From Pseudodesulfovibrio piezophilus C1TLV30 (GTDB lineage: Bacteria > Desulfobacterota > Desulfovibrionia > Desulfovibrionales > Desulfovibrionaceae), in assembly GCF_000341895.1 (NCBI RefSeq), contig NC_020409.1:1710001-1742000 (forward strand): a stretch of DNA of 32,000 bases. Direction: 5' to 3'. The position numbers were made by a program, and so were the translations under genes. Below, in pieces: positions 1-9,202 of the stretch; position 1 is the stretch's first letter; each line of letters opens with the position of its first letter. The notes below the pieces were generated by a model. The model did no database searches and had not been told where the DNA came from. It saw only the letters and a program-made list of their open reading frames with translations.

Positions 1-1283
1 AGAGCCAACATGCTGGAGATGACTTTATCCATATGGTCTGCGTTCTTGAGCACAGTCTCCAGAAAAAAACGTCCATCTTCGGGCTTGGCCGGAGGGTTGT
101 CCAACAAAGTCTCACTGTAGCCCTTGATGGAAGTCAACGGTGTCCGAAGCTGGTGAGACGCGTTCGCCACAAAATCCTTCAGCCCTTTCTCGCTCCGCTT
201 CATCTCGGTGATGTCATAAAAAACAAGAATAATTTTTCGAACACCCTTCTGATCGTGAAACGGAACAGCACTGACTTCAACAGTACGGGAATCCATCAGA
301 TCTATCTGAATAGTCCGCTCTCCCTCATCGGGAGCGTGCAGTAATTCGTCCACCAAATCCTGAATTTCAAATCGACGGGTGACTTCGATGGGGGTCCGGC
401 CAACAGTGGATTCAGCCAGGTTGAACATGACATCAAGGGCAGAGTTGTAGGACTCGATGCGTCCCTCCGAGTCAATGGACATAACTCCCTCGCGCATACC
501 CTCGAAAATAGCCTGGAGTTGTCCCTTCTGATCTTTGATGATCTGGACGTTCCGTTCGATATTCTCCGCCATCCGATTCACGGATTGAGCAAGCGGTTTG
601 AATTCGCCGCCAGGCAAGACCCGCAACCGTGTGCCATAATCCCCCTCACCGATAGACCGGGCAAGTTCGGAAAAAGCGGTAATCTCCCGGCTCATGTTGC
701 GCGACATGATGACACTGACCAATCCCGCACAGAGGAGGGTCAAAATAAATATCCAAAGGAAATTCTGCCTGAGAGAACTCAAGCGATGGCTGACATCGGA
801 AAACGGCACAGCCAATCGCAAAACCCCGGCAGGAAGGCTGACGGAGGCTCTGATCTTGGTGGCGACGTACAGCATATCCTTATGCAAGGTATCGGAATAC
901 CGGACATTGGTCCCATGGCCTTCTATATGCGCGGCAATGACTTCGGGACGCTCACTATGATTATCCAATTCAGCGAGATTGGCGAATGTCACTCCCGAAT
1001 CGGCAATAACCCGTCCGTCAGTAATGATATAGGTGATCCGTGCGCCCAGTCGTGGGCCAAGGGCATCGACCCATGTGGCAAAAGCCTCTTCCGTCGTGAA
1101 ACGGGGGTGCTCGTCAATGAGCCATTTGATGGATTCCAACTCGCTCATGGAGCGGAGTTTGGTCTCAGCCAACACATCGCTGGCAACAATACTCGTGGAA
1201 TAATAGAAAATCACGGCCATGGCCATGAGCAGCAAAGCCCAGGTCCACAGCAGAATCCGCATTTGAAAGGAGCGCAGTTTCAT
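1..1283 (-). CDS. Sensor histidine kinase, PhoR-like (TM-periplasmic-TM-HAMP-PAS-HisKA). Partial: the C-terminus lies beyond the left edge.
   Basis: The frame is missing from the ORF track because it runs off the window. Reverse-complement translation from the ATG at 1283..1281 gives MKLRSFQMRILLWTWALLLMAMAVIFYY (TM1). A second TM follows (FLWIFILTLLCAGLVSVIM), then a HAMP-like linker. A PAS-like block reads LQAIFEGMREGVMSIDSEGRIESYN, and the H-box reads FVANASHQLRTPLTSIKGY. The + ORFs 33..344 and 519..1394 are antisense shadows. Confidence 0.8.
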   Translation of the reverse strand, partial: MKLRSFQMRILLWTWALLLMAMAVIFYYSTSIVASDVLAETKLRSMSELESIKWLIDEHPRFTTEEAFATWVDALGPRLGARITYIITDGRVIADSGVTFANLAELDNHSERPEVIAAHIEGHGTNVRYSDTLHKDMLYVATKIRASVSLPAGVLRLAVPFSDVSHRLSSLRQNFLWIFILTLLCAGLVSVIMSRNMSREITAFSELARSIGEGDYGTRLRVLPGGEFKPLAQSVNRMAENIERNVQIIKDQKGQLQAIFEGMREGVMSIDSEGRIESYNSALDVMFNLAESTVGRTPIEVTRRFEIQDLVDELLHAPDEGERTIQIDLMDSRTVEVSAVPFHDQKGVRKIILVFYDITEMKRSEKGLKDFVANASHQLRTPLTSIKGYSETLLDNPPAKPEDGRFFLETVLKNADHMDKVISSMLA

Positions 1284-1357
1284 TCAAAATTTCCTTGTTT
1301 TTGTGTACACGGCCCCCCTGTAGCATGGATGGAGTTGCCAAGCACGACGCGAGGGTC

Positions 1358-1412
1358 TGTAACATGTTCGTCACACAAATGTAACGTTTTATAGTGTTAC
1401 GGTTTTGTTACG
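1358..1412 (-). promoter_or_regulatory. Array of five GT(A/T)AC-core heptamers phased at 11 bp; candidate response-regulator operator upstream of the kinase gene
   Basis: The + strand heptamers are TGTAACA (1358), CGTCACA (1369), TGTAACG (1380), TGTTACG (1395) and TGTTACG (1406). Spacings are 11, 11, 15 and 11 bp. The array lies 75-130 nt upstream of the ATG at 1283. The 7+4 bp phasing resembles Pho-box/OmpR-family sites. Confidence 0.3.
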
Positions 1413-1536
1413 ATAATATTTGTCAACCATATCAGCGTATTGCAACATTCATGCGACAGTTTTGAATCAAAAGCCGTACGATGGACGATCTCAAGATCAC
1501 CCTTCATACGTCTTTGCGCTCCTTGATCTCTTTAAA

Positions 1537-2012
1537 CTAACAGTCTGAAGTCATTATAAAATCGTGTCCAACTCGACCCATATGACACGCGATATACCCT
1601 TCAGGCTTCCCTTCTTTTTGCACCGTTCCACCCGAGGCATATTTTGCCCAAAACCAATCCCCGTACTCAGGGTTACATCCCTTAAGCTTACACATGATGG
1701 TGAGATCGGCCAGTCTCTTGTCTGCCGTGTAATCTTCCTTGACGAGGGGCGTACAAGTAAGGTCTTGGGCACCTTTGATACACCCTTCCATGTTCACATA
1801 CACGATGTGCAAGAGACCGTGTGGAGAACGACCGTATTGCATCCCCGAAGAATCCGGAAATTGCTCCTAGTGGACATGTCTTTCCAGCTTGAAAAAGTCC
1901 CGCCACACCGAGACTGATCCACATGAGGAGCAGAAGAATGGCTCCCTGCCGGGACAGTCCAGGCAAGACCGGCAAGAAACGCACACAGAATTGAAATCCC
2001 CTGTAATTTCAT
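1537..2012 (-). pseudogene. Cytochrome P460-like periplasmic protein, interrupted by one frame change near 1857..1862
   Basis: The ATG at 2012 has a GAGAGGA Shine-Dalgarno and opens a signal peptide, MKLQGISILCAFLAGLAWTVPA...FSSWKDMSTRSN (frame of ORF 1794..2054). The P460-like body is one frame away (ORF 1537..1842): FPDSSGMQYGRSPHGLLHIVYVN...NPEYGDWFWAKY...YIACH. A single -1 change would join them into about 158 aa. The heme motif reads YIACH rather than CxxCH. Confidence 0.4.
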
Positions 2013-2119
2013 GATCATCCTCTCTACGTCCTTGCTGATGTCCAATAAGGACAAGCATACACCGGAGACGCATGTTTCAGACCATTATTATTCTAAGGCA
2101 AAAGCTGTTGGCCCGACAG

Positions 2120-2146
2120 AAAAAAAGGGCACACCAGAGTGCGCCC
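2120..2146 (-). terminator. Rho-independent terminator ending the hldD-lptD-mutL-alr-hypothetical transcription unit
   Basis: The minus strand reads GGGCGCAC-tctg-GTGTGCCC, an 8 bp stem with one G.U pair. Seven U follow (the A-run at 2120..2126 on +). Confidence 0.65.
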
Positions 2147-2278
2147 CGCAGGGTACCGGTTGCGGAAAAGCGACTCTTTCAGTCATGGACCTCAGCCTCT
2201 CAGGCGGAAAAAGAATCGACACGCGAAAGAGCCCAGAAAAGCATTGAGGCCACACCTGTACAATGGTGACACAAATGC

Positions 2279-2500
2279 CTAGAATCCGCGCATGCACTCC
2301 ATGAGGTAGACAGAAACTTCGATGCGCACGACACCGTTCTCTTCAATGACTCGAACATTGTTTTCCGGGATAAGGGCCATATCCTCGGCCACATTCATCC
2401 ATTTTCCGGCCAGCCATTCTGGAGAAACTCCCTGTTCATCCATTTCAGTCCGGGCATAACTTTCGGCAACGGTCCATTCATCATCTTGTACTGCGGGCAT
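2279..2500 (-). CDS. Hypothetical small acidic protein (73 aa)
   Basis: This is ORF 2279..2563 trimmed to the internal ATG at 2500. That ATG is preceded by AAGGAGAAGAACA (strong SD, about 8 nt spacing). The product starts MPAVQDDEWTVAESYARTEMDEQG. I recognise no family. Confidence 0.5.
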   Translation of the reverse strand: MPAVQDDEWTVAESYARTEMDEQGVSPEWLAGKWMNVAEDMALIPENNVRVIEENGVVRIEVSVYLMECMRGF

Positions 2501-2570
2501 TGTTCTTCTCCTTGACAGAGCCGAGTGTTCCGCCGCCAATAGAGCATCAACGAAACTCGGCATTTATCCA

Positions 2571-3698
2571 TTAAATATAGTGTCGCTGGTTCATACCGAG
2601 CAGACAAAAAACTTCATACGTGATGGTTCCCCACCAATCGGCCAATTCTTCAACAGAAATACTCCCCGGCGCAGGGCCACCCAGCAGCCACGCTCGGTCT
2701 CCAGGCACGACACCAGTCCCTTCGCCCATAATATCCGAGACGTCAACCAGGGCCATCTGCATGCATATACGGCCAAGAATAGGGACACGATACCCCTTGA
2801 TATTCATGAAACCGGAATTCGAAAGCCCCCGGCTATAGTTGTCGGCGTAGCCCACTCCGATGACTGCCACAGTGCAGTCTTTTTCTGCAACATGCGTCCA
2901 ACCGTAGCTGATCCCCTCACCTTTTTTCAGACCATGCACCTGCATGACCGGAGCGGAAACTTCCATGGCCGGTTTAAGAGGACCGACTTGCCCCGCCCAA
3001 TCCGTCCCATAAAGCGGATCGGCCCCGTACAGGGAAATCCCGAGGCGCACACTGTCGAGACGGCAGACGTCATGCACCATTGATCCGGCGGAGTTGGCCA
3101 GATTGGCTTCCACCTGAAATCCGGCACCACGCACAGCCTCGACGATTCCTTGAAAACGCGCTGCCTGGAGTTCCACATCGGCCTTGTGTTCCGGCACATC
3201 CGCCGAGGCAAGATGAGACGTAATCATGACCGGATTAAGGGCCGGATTCGCCTTGAGAAATTCCACAACCTGCCTGACCTCTTCAGGGAGAAAACCAAGG
3301 CGACGCATACCAGTATCGAATTTGAGTCCAATATTCAGGCTCCCTCTGGATCGGGCCAGTTCAGCGAGGGTCTTCAGATGTCCCATATGGCTCATGGCAG
3401 CCAGGATATCATGCTCCCACAAGGCAACATAATCCGCTTCATCAACAGGCCCAAGCAATGCCATAATGCGTTTTTCGCACCCTGAATGACGCAGATGGAC
3501 TGCTTCGCTGACAAACCCGACGGCAAAAGTCTCGGCCTCTTCATCCAAGACTCCGGCCACCTCGGCCAGACCATGCCCATAGGCATCAGACTTGATAACA
3601 GGGATGACCGAGTCACTCACACCTTTGAACACCCTGTAGTTGTGACGGAGATTCTCTAACGTCACATGCACCTGAATCTTATTGTAATCAATAGTCAT
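2571..3698 (-). CDS. alr: Alanine racemase
   Basis: The PLP-lysine motif VIKSDAYGHG is present, and length and layout are typical (375 aa). The start is trimmed to MTIDYNKIQVHV (ATG 3698), 4 nt after the mutL stop. The longer track ORF would overlap mutL. Confidence 0.9.
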   Translation of the reverse strand: MTIDYNKIQVHVTLENLRHNYRVFKGVSDSVIPVIKSDAYGHGLAEVAGVLDEEAETFAVGFVSEAVHLRHSGCEKRIMALLGPVDEADYVALWEHDILAAMSHMGHLKTLAELARSRGSLNIGLKFDTGMRRLGFLPEEVRQVVEFLKANPALNPVMITSHLASADVPEHKADVELQAARFQGIVEAVRGAGFQVEANLANSAGSMVHDVCRLDSVRLGISLYGADPLYGTDWAGQVGPLKPAMEVSAPVMQVHGLKKGEGISYGWTHVAEKDCTVAVIGVGYADNYSRGLSNSGFMNIKGYRVPILGRICMQMALVDVSDIMGEGTGVVPGDRAWLLGGPAPGSISVEELADWWGTITYEVFCLLGMNQRHYI

Positions 3699-3702
3699 GC
3701 TA

Positions 3703-5565
3703 CTACTTTCGCTTGAAGAGCTTTTCGAGATCAAGAGGATTCCACCGAACCACGACAGGGCGGCCATGTGGACAAAAATCCCGCTCCGGCGTCTGCAACC
3801 ACACATCCAGCAGAGCCAGGGCTTCATCCACAGCCAGAGCCTGTCCGGCCTTGATAGCTGTCTTGCAAGACATCATAGTCCACAGATCATCAAGGGTCTT
3901 GGCCTTTTCCGCCAAGGCATCAACCAGATACTCCCTCGCCTTCCCCGTGTCCAGAGTCGGAGGAATTCCACGCACCAGCACCTTGGCAGGACCGTCCAAC
4001 TCCAAAAGAAACCCCATTGATTTCAAGTCATCCTTCACCCCCAGCAGGACATCAACTTCGCTGGGGTGCAGAGTAATTTCAAGCGGCAGGGCCAAGGGCT
4101 GCGAGTCTCCCTTGGTCCGGGCTTCACGCATGGCAGCGAGGAGAACTCGTTCATGTGCGGCATGTTGATCAATAAGCACCAGGGATTCCCCTTGCCGCAA
4201 GACCAGATAGGTGTCTGCCACCTGTCCCAGATACGTATAGTTGGTTCCGGCCAGGGTCACACCTTCGGCCCGCCCCGCAACCGCTCCTGAGATGTGAGTT
4301 TCATGAGTCCCGAATTCCGTCCGGTCATCTGAAAAAACCCTTTCCGAACTCGTTCTGGATGGTGGCACAGGCAAGGGGATGTCTTTTGGAGGATTGTAAT
4401 CCTGTTGATATTCCCGATAGGTCGCAAATTTCGGTTCGCTCCGAAGAGCCGAAGGCTGATGGCTCCGCTTGACCGGAGCAGCCCCTGTCCCGGCATAATC
4501 ATTCCCGATGTTTTCCAGGGGGCGTGAGTGTCCGGGGTGCGGCAACACAGGAGGTGCCTCTTCGGCAAAGGAGAGAGCCTGCATGACACCACCTCGAATA
4601 GTCGAGAAAACCCGACTTTCCTCCAGAAAACGCACCTCGAGCTTTGCCGGATGAACATTGACGTCCACTTCTTCATTCGGCACTTCCAGAAAAAGTACTA
4701 TCTGCGGGTATTCCCGAGAGAGAAGCATCCCCCGATAGGCCTGGCGGACAGCGCTGAGCATCATCTTGTCCTGCACCGAACGCCCGTTGACATAGAGCAG
4801 GATACGGTCTCCACGCCCCTGAGCCGTGGCCGGAGAACCCGCAACACCGTGGGCACGATAGCCCTCACGCTCGAAGTCAAAGGGGCGCAGCCCTTCGCAC
4901 ACGACCGGAGGCCAAAAAGTCTTGAGTCGGGCCGAAAGTTCCTGGTCCGGTGGCAGACGAAGGGCTTCTCGTCCTCCCATTGTCAGGGAAAAACCCGCGT
5001 GCAAATGAGCCAGACTGATGCGCATGAGCGTCTCCTGGCATCGTTTGTTTTCCGTGACTTCCGTCTTGAGGAATTTGAGTCGGGCCGGAGTATTTCCAAA
5101 CAGATCACGGACCTCGACCCGCGTGCCTGCCGCCAATGCAGCCGGACCTTCGCCCTCGATTTCTCCTCCCCGCACTTCGATGAAAGCAGCCTCATCCGCC
5201 CCTTCATGACAGGAAGTCATGGTGAAACGGGAAACCGATGCGATAGAGGGCAACGCTTCCCCCCGGAACCCGAATGAACCGATGGAGGTAATATCCTCAA
5301 ACCGCTGTATCTTGCTGGTAGCATGCCTTGTCACGGCCAGACTGAGTTGATTCGCGGCAATGCCGAACCCGTTATCCTGAACAAGGATCAAGGCTCGACC
5401 CCCCTTCTCCACGGTGACATCCACTCGTGAGGCTCCGGCATCCAACGAATTCTCCACCAGCTCCTTGACGACGCTGGAGGGGCGTTCGACCACCTCTCCC
5501 GCTGCGATCTGATTCTTCAGGCCCGCAGGCAAGACACGAATGACAGGCAAAGTGCCCACGCTCAT
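3703..5565 (-). CDS. mutL: DNA mismatch repair endonuclease MutL
   Basis: The N-terminal GHKL ATPase motifs are NQIAAGEVVERPSSVVKELVENSLDAG and DNGFGI. The C-terminal endonuclease motif is DQHAAHERVLL. The start is set at MSVGTLPVIRVLP (ATG 5565), preceded by GGAGGG. Confidence 0.9.
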   Translation of the reverse strand: MSVGTLPVIRVLPAGLKNQIAAGEVVERPSSVVKELVENSLDAGASRVDVTVEKGGRALILVQDNGFGIAANQLSLAVTRHATSKIQRFEDITSIGSFGFRGEALPSIASVSRFTMTSCHEGADEAAFIEVRGGEIEGEGPAALAAGTRVEVRDLFGNTPARLKFLKTEVTENKRCQETLMRISLAHLHAGFSLTMGGREALRLPPDQELSARLKTFWPPVVCEGLRPFDFEREGYRAHGVAGSPATAQGRGDRILLYVNGRSVQDKMMLSAVRQAYRGMLLSREYPQIVLFLEVPNEEVDVNVHPAKLEVRFLEESRVFSTIRGGVMQALSFAEEAPPVLPHPGHSRPLENIGNDYAGTGAAPVKRSHQPSALRSEPKFATYREYQQDYNPPKDIPLPVPPSRTSSERVFSDDRTEFGTHETHISGAVAGRAEGVTLAGTNYTYLGQVADTYLVLRQGESLVLIDQHAAHERVLLAAMREARTKGDSQPLALPLEITLHPSEVDVLLGVKDDLKSMGFLLELDGPAKVLVRGIPPTLDTGKAREYLVDALAEKAKTLDDLWTMMSCKTAIKAGQALAVDEALALLDVWLQTPERDFCPHGRPVVVRWNPLDLEKLFKRK

Positions 5566-5579
5566 ATACCCTCCGGTAT

Positions 5580-7967
5580 CTAGAAATTGAGGAGATCGAA
5601 ACTCAGCCCAAAACGATTGTCGCCGGGTTTCTGCGAAAACGTGAAATGCAAGGTGTAGCACTCTGCGGCCCAGTCAAGCTGAAGCGTCCGCTCAAGATCC
5701 TGCTGGTCATTGAAGTCATGACGGAATCTGGCACCCAAGGCGAATACATCATTGATTTCCCATTTGGCACCAAGATCGATAATCGACAAGGTATCGTCCC
5801 TGTACCGCTTGTATTCATCAATTTCGGCCTGATAGTCGTACCCGATGGAAAATTCACCCAGTCCGTCCTTATGAAAACGAATAGTATTTTCCGCCTGGGT
5901 CATGCTGGCATTATAAGGAGAAAACCAAACCCGGCTAATGAGGTCCACATAGTCTTCCGGTCTGATTTTCAGCTCCGTCAGAATATCCGAGAAAGGACGT
6001 CGTGCATAGGTAGACAACTCATCTTTGCGGGATGCTTCATTCATATCGTAAGACTGCTCTATCCGAAACAACAGAAAATCCAGATAATCCGTGGCCACCG
6101 AAGCCTGCGGTCCATCTTGGATTCCCGGAGATAATACGACCTTATCCCGGCGGCGATCCAACACATTGGTGATGGAATACGTGACCTCGTTTTTCCCGGA
6201 AATACGGTCAAATTCATCAAAATAAGGAAGATGGTCCTGTCCGGTGATTGTCGGCGTATACGCGTAAGAGACTCGAGGCACGATAGAATGTTTGAGGCTG
6301 GTCCAACGCGATGTTCCGGCCAGGCTTGGAGATGCCGTCATGGTTTCATCAAGCGAGAAGACGCGGGTCATTTCGCTAAATGCCGTGAACCCGGCCTCCC
6401 ATGTCGTTCGACTGCTGTAGCCGTCATCCGTGGCATTGGTGTTGATCTGGACATTCCGCCCGCCCGAGTCGACGATCGTCTGATTCCCATACCCCTCATG
6501 CGAGGTCAGGTTGTAGGACGTATGATCCGCCGATATCTCGGGAATGAACGTAAAGTAGTCCGTGGACATCGGCACCTTAATAGACGGGGTCACGCGCACA
6601 CGGTGCCCGGTATCGCCCTTGTTCCTGGTGAAATAATCATATTTTGTTTCAGCTGAAACTTCGATGGGTGTTCCGGCCAACTTCTGCTGAAAGAGAAAGG
6701 CCTCCAATTCAGGCAGGGTCTGTACCGTAGTATTGTCGTCCTCATCGCCATTCCCGTTCATGAATTCGAGATTCTCGGTAAACTGCGCTTTCCCGGCAAG
6801 CCCGAATCGATCCCAACTTCGAGAAATCAGAGCCGTGGAAGTGCGAGTGAAATCATCCTTGTTGTCGATATCACGCCCGAAAGTCTCAAGAAAATTCTCC
6901 CGAGTCTTGTCAAATCCGTTTTGCCCATCCTGGAAATCCCGAAGGTAATTCTGATCCGAAACCACATCCACATCAAGTTTGACTTGCAACTCAGGGCTTC
7001 CCAGCCAACCATCATACTTTCCGCGAACCCACCAACGGCTCCTGTTAGGTCGGGTCAATCCATCGTCCTGGTAGTCATCCCACTCGTCGGATTCCGAGAC
7101 AGCCCGCTTGGTGTCCTTGAGAAAATCAGCCATCCACAATCCCTTGGAAGAGGCATCTTCGGTATGCCGAAATTCAACACCCTGCATATACCCACGCCTG
7201 GACATGAAATTCTGGTAGAAGGTGGCGTCGGTTTCATCATCAATAACCCAATAATACGGGAGATTTGTTTGAAAACCGAGTTTGTCGCTGGAAGAGAGGC
7301 TTGGCATGAGAAAACCGCTTTGCCGATTCTTGCGGCCCGGCAAAGACATATATGGCCAATAAAAAACCGGAACATTCTTGATGCGAAAGGCCGAACGATA
7401 CAACCGGACATTCCCGTCCAGTTCAATGTCGCCTTCCTCGCTGGTGACCGACCATGCGGGTCTGTCTCCCTCGCAGGCCGTCACCTTGGCATTCTTGAAA
7501 GTATATGAGTCGCCCTTGGCCTTGCCCACACGCTCGGCTTCAACATAAATATGGGGCTTGGTCATGAACAATTTACCGTTCTTGAGCCAGCCGGTCATGT
7601 TATTGAGGTCGAACTCCCCTTCATCCGCCTGAAGAAAGTCGCCTCCCCAGTGCGCCCGGATATTTCCTTTGAGAAAAACCCACCCCGTGGATTGATAATA
7701 GCGGGCAAAATCCGCTCGCAACTGATCTTCACCCATGGACAAGGTGCAGTTGCCGAATGCCTCAACGTACTCGCTGGTGTAGTCGCCGACCACCCGGTCG
7801 GCGGAAAACACCCACTCGTCACTGGCCGGCACTTTCTTCGGAGCCTCGGGCACATATCGTCTGACCTTGTACAGCAAAGGATTTTTGCCGAGCAACGTCA
7901 AAGGCAGGGCCAGAGTGAAGGCCAATGCCAACACCGCCATTAATGCTATGGAGCGTTTACGCCTCAA
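5580..7967 (-). CDS. lptD: LPS-assembly outer membrane protein LptD (OstA family)
   Basis: The 795 aa product starts with signal peptide MRRKRSIALMAVLALAFTLALPL. An OstA-like N-terminal domain and a long beta-barrel-like C-terminus ending in ...LSFDLLNF follow. The TTG start has a GAGG SD overlapping the end of hldD. Confidence 0.85.
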   Translation of the reverse strand: MRRKRSIALMAVLALAFTLALPLTLLGKNPLLYKVRRYVPEAPKKVPASDEWVFSADRVVGDYTSEYVEAFGNCTLSMGEDQLRADFARYYQSTGWVFLKGNIRAHWGGDFLQADEGEFDLNNMTGWLKNGKLFMTKPHIYVEAERVGKAKGDSYTFKNAKVTACEGDRPAWSVTSEEGDIELDGNVRLYRSAFRIKNVPVFYWPYMSLPGRKNRQSGFLMPSLSSSDKLGFQTNLPYYWVIDDETDATFYQNFMSRRGYMQGVEFRHTEDASSKGLWMADFLKDTKRAVSESDEWDDYQDDGLTRPNRSRWWVRGKYDGWLGSPELQVKLDVDVVSDQNYLRDFQDGQNGFDKTRENFLETFGRDIDNKDDFTRTSTALISRSWDRFGLAGKAQFTENLEFMNGNGDEDDNTTVQTLPELEAFLFQQKLAGTPIEVSAETKYDYFTRNKGDTGHRVRVTPSIKVPMSTDYFTFIPEISADHTSYNLTSHEGYGNQTIVDSGGRNVQINTNATDDGYSSRTTWEAGFTAFSEMTRVFSLDETMTASPSLAGTSRWTSLKHSIVPRVSYAYTPTITGQDHLPYFDEFDRISGKNEVTYSITNVLDRRRDKVVLSPGIQDGPQASVATDYLDFLLFRIEQSYDMNEASRKDELSTYARRPFSDILTELKIRPEDYVDLISRVWFSPYNASMTQAENTIRFHKDGLGEFSIGYDYQAEIDEYKRYRDDTLSIIDLGAKWEINDVFALGARFRHDFNDQQDLERTLQLDWAAECYTLHFTFSQKPGDNRFGLSFDLLNF

Positions 7968-7979
7968 AAAAACCTCTGA

Positions 7980-8960
7980 CTAGCGAGACATGAGATAGGA
8001 GTTGTCTTTGTCCAGATAGTTCCGCACATAATCGGCAGCACCATCTTCAAGCGAAGTCATGACAACATCGCACCCGGCCTTGGTCAGCTTGTCCATATTG
8101 GCTTCGGTAAAATATTGATATTTATCCCGAATAGACTCAGGCATTTCAATATATTCAAGATTCGGCTCCCGGTCCATGGCGGCAAACACTGAATTCGCCA
8201 GATCATTCCAGGTACGGGCCGTACCGGTTCCGATATTGAAAATACCGTTTGTGTCCGGGTTCTCCAGAAACCACGCCATGATGTTGACGCAATCCTTGAT
8301 GTAGACAAAATCCCTTTTCTGCCCGCCGTGAGGATATTCCTCGCGATACGATTTGAAGAGCTTCAGCTTCCCTGTCTCCAGTATCTGCTTGTGTGCCTTG
8401 CAGATGACGCTTCGCATGTCATCCTTGTGAAATTCATTCGGCCCATACACATTGAAAAATTTGAGGCAGACAATCTTGTCGAGGATTTCCCCCTGCTTGG
8501 CCCAGATATCGAAAAGCTGCTTGGAGTATCCATACATGTTCAGAGGACGCAACCGATCTATTCCCTCGTGGTCATCATTGAACCCAAACTCGCCATTACC
8601 GTAGGTGGCGGCGCTGGAAGCATTGATGAACCGGGCATCGTGATTGAGGCAGTGACGGCAGACATACTGGGTGTAACGATAATTGTTTTCCATCAGGAAG
8701 TCGGCATCCAACTCCGTGGTGGCCGAACACGCCCCCATATGGATGACCGCATCAGTATCGAATGCGTCTTCTCCTTCCAATATGAGCTTGAGAAATTGAT
8801 CCCTATGCAGATAATCCTCATACCGCAGTCCAACGAGATTATTCCATTTCTCACTGGTCGAAAGGTTGTCGACGACCAGGATGTCATCAATACCCATCTG
8901 GTTGAGCTTCCAAACCATGGCGCTGCCGATGAACCCTGCGCCGCCCGTAACTATATACAT
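7980..8960 (-). CDS. hldD: ADP-L-glycero-D-manno-heptose 6-epimerase
   Basis: MYIVTGGAGFIGS (Rossmann GxxGxxG), ASSAATYG and YGYSK (SDR catalytic YxxxK) are collinear with the E. coli HldD/RfaD layout. The ATG at 8960 is preceded by AAGGAG. The track start at 8966 is a GTG two codons upstream. Confidence 0.9.
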   Translation of the reverse strand: MYIVTGGAGFIGSAMVWKLNQMGIDDILVVDNLSTSEKWNNLVGLRYEDYLHRDQFLKLILEGEDAFDTDAVIHMGACSATTELDADFLMENNYRYTQYVCRHCLNHDARFINASSAATYGNGEFGFNDDHEGIDRLRPLNMYGYSKQLFDIWAKQGEILDKIVCLKFFNVYGPNEFHKDDMRSVICKAHKQILETGKLKLFKSYREEYPHGGQKRDFVYIKDCVNIMAWFLENPDTNGIFNIGTGTARTWNDLANSVFAAMDREPNLEYIEMPESIRDKYQYFTEANMDKLTKAGCDVVMTSLEDGAADYVRNYLDKDNSYLMSR

Positions 8961-9110
8961 GCACACTCCTTCGCTGCACTGAAAACACCGTCAAAAGAAA
9001 CGGTAAACGCTTCTTTATACTGTGTTCACGCGTGAGACGCAACCGAAGTTCACATCTCAATCCCAGTCACGAAAAGTTCGCTCTATAACGTGTTTTTTCG
9101 TGCCCCCCCC

Positions 9111-9139
9111 TTGCGTGGGTCTGTTCTGTCGCGTATATA
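9111..9139 (+). promoter_or_regulatory. Candidate sigma70-type promoter for the VWA-OmpA gene
   Basis: TTGCGT (9111..9116), a 17 nt spacer, then TATATA (9134..9139), 64 nt upstream of the ATG at 9203. A C8 tract (9103..9110) abuts the -35 element. Confidence 0.35.
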
Positions 9140-9202
9140 AGGCAAATGAAGCTGATCACTATTGCCACACTTGAAAAATAATTCCCAAAGGAGAGAGGAC
9201 TC

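Noticed and set aside
519-1394. 291 aa + strand ORF, plus 33..344 and 694..960
   Set aside because: They are antisense to the edge-truncated PhoR-like kinase frame, which carries clear TM, HAMP, PAS and H-box motifs.
3699-3827. N-terminal extensions offered by the track for alr (to 3827), mutL (to 5661), the second ABC (to 25651), hldD (to 8966) and the small ORF (to 2563)
   Set aside because: In each case an internal start with a good Shine-Dalgarno fits better. It either begins the conserved protein core or gives a classic ATGA or short-gap junction with the upstream gene. The extensions would overlap the upstream CDS.
4528-9035. Long + strand ORFs 4528..5277, 5646..6134, 6921..7508, 7551..7943 and 8328..9035
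   Set aside because: They are antisense shadows of mutL, lptD and hldD. None has motifs or an RBS.
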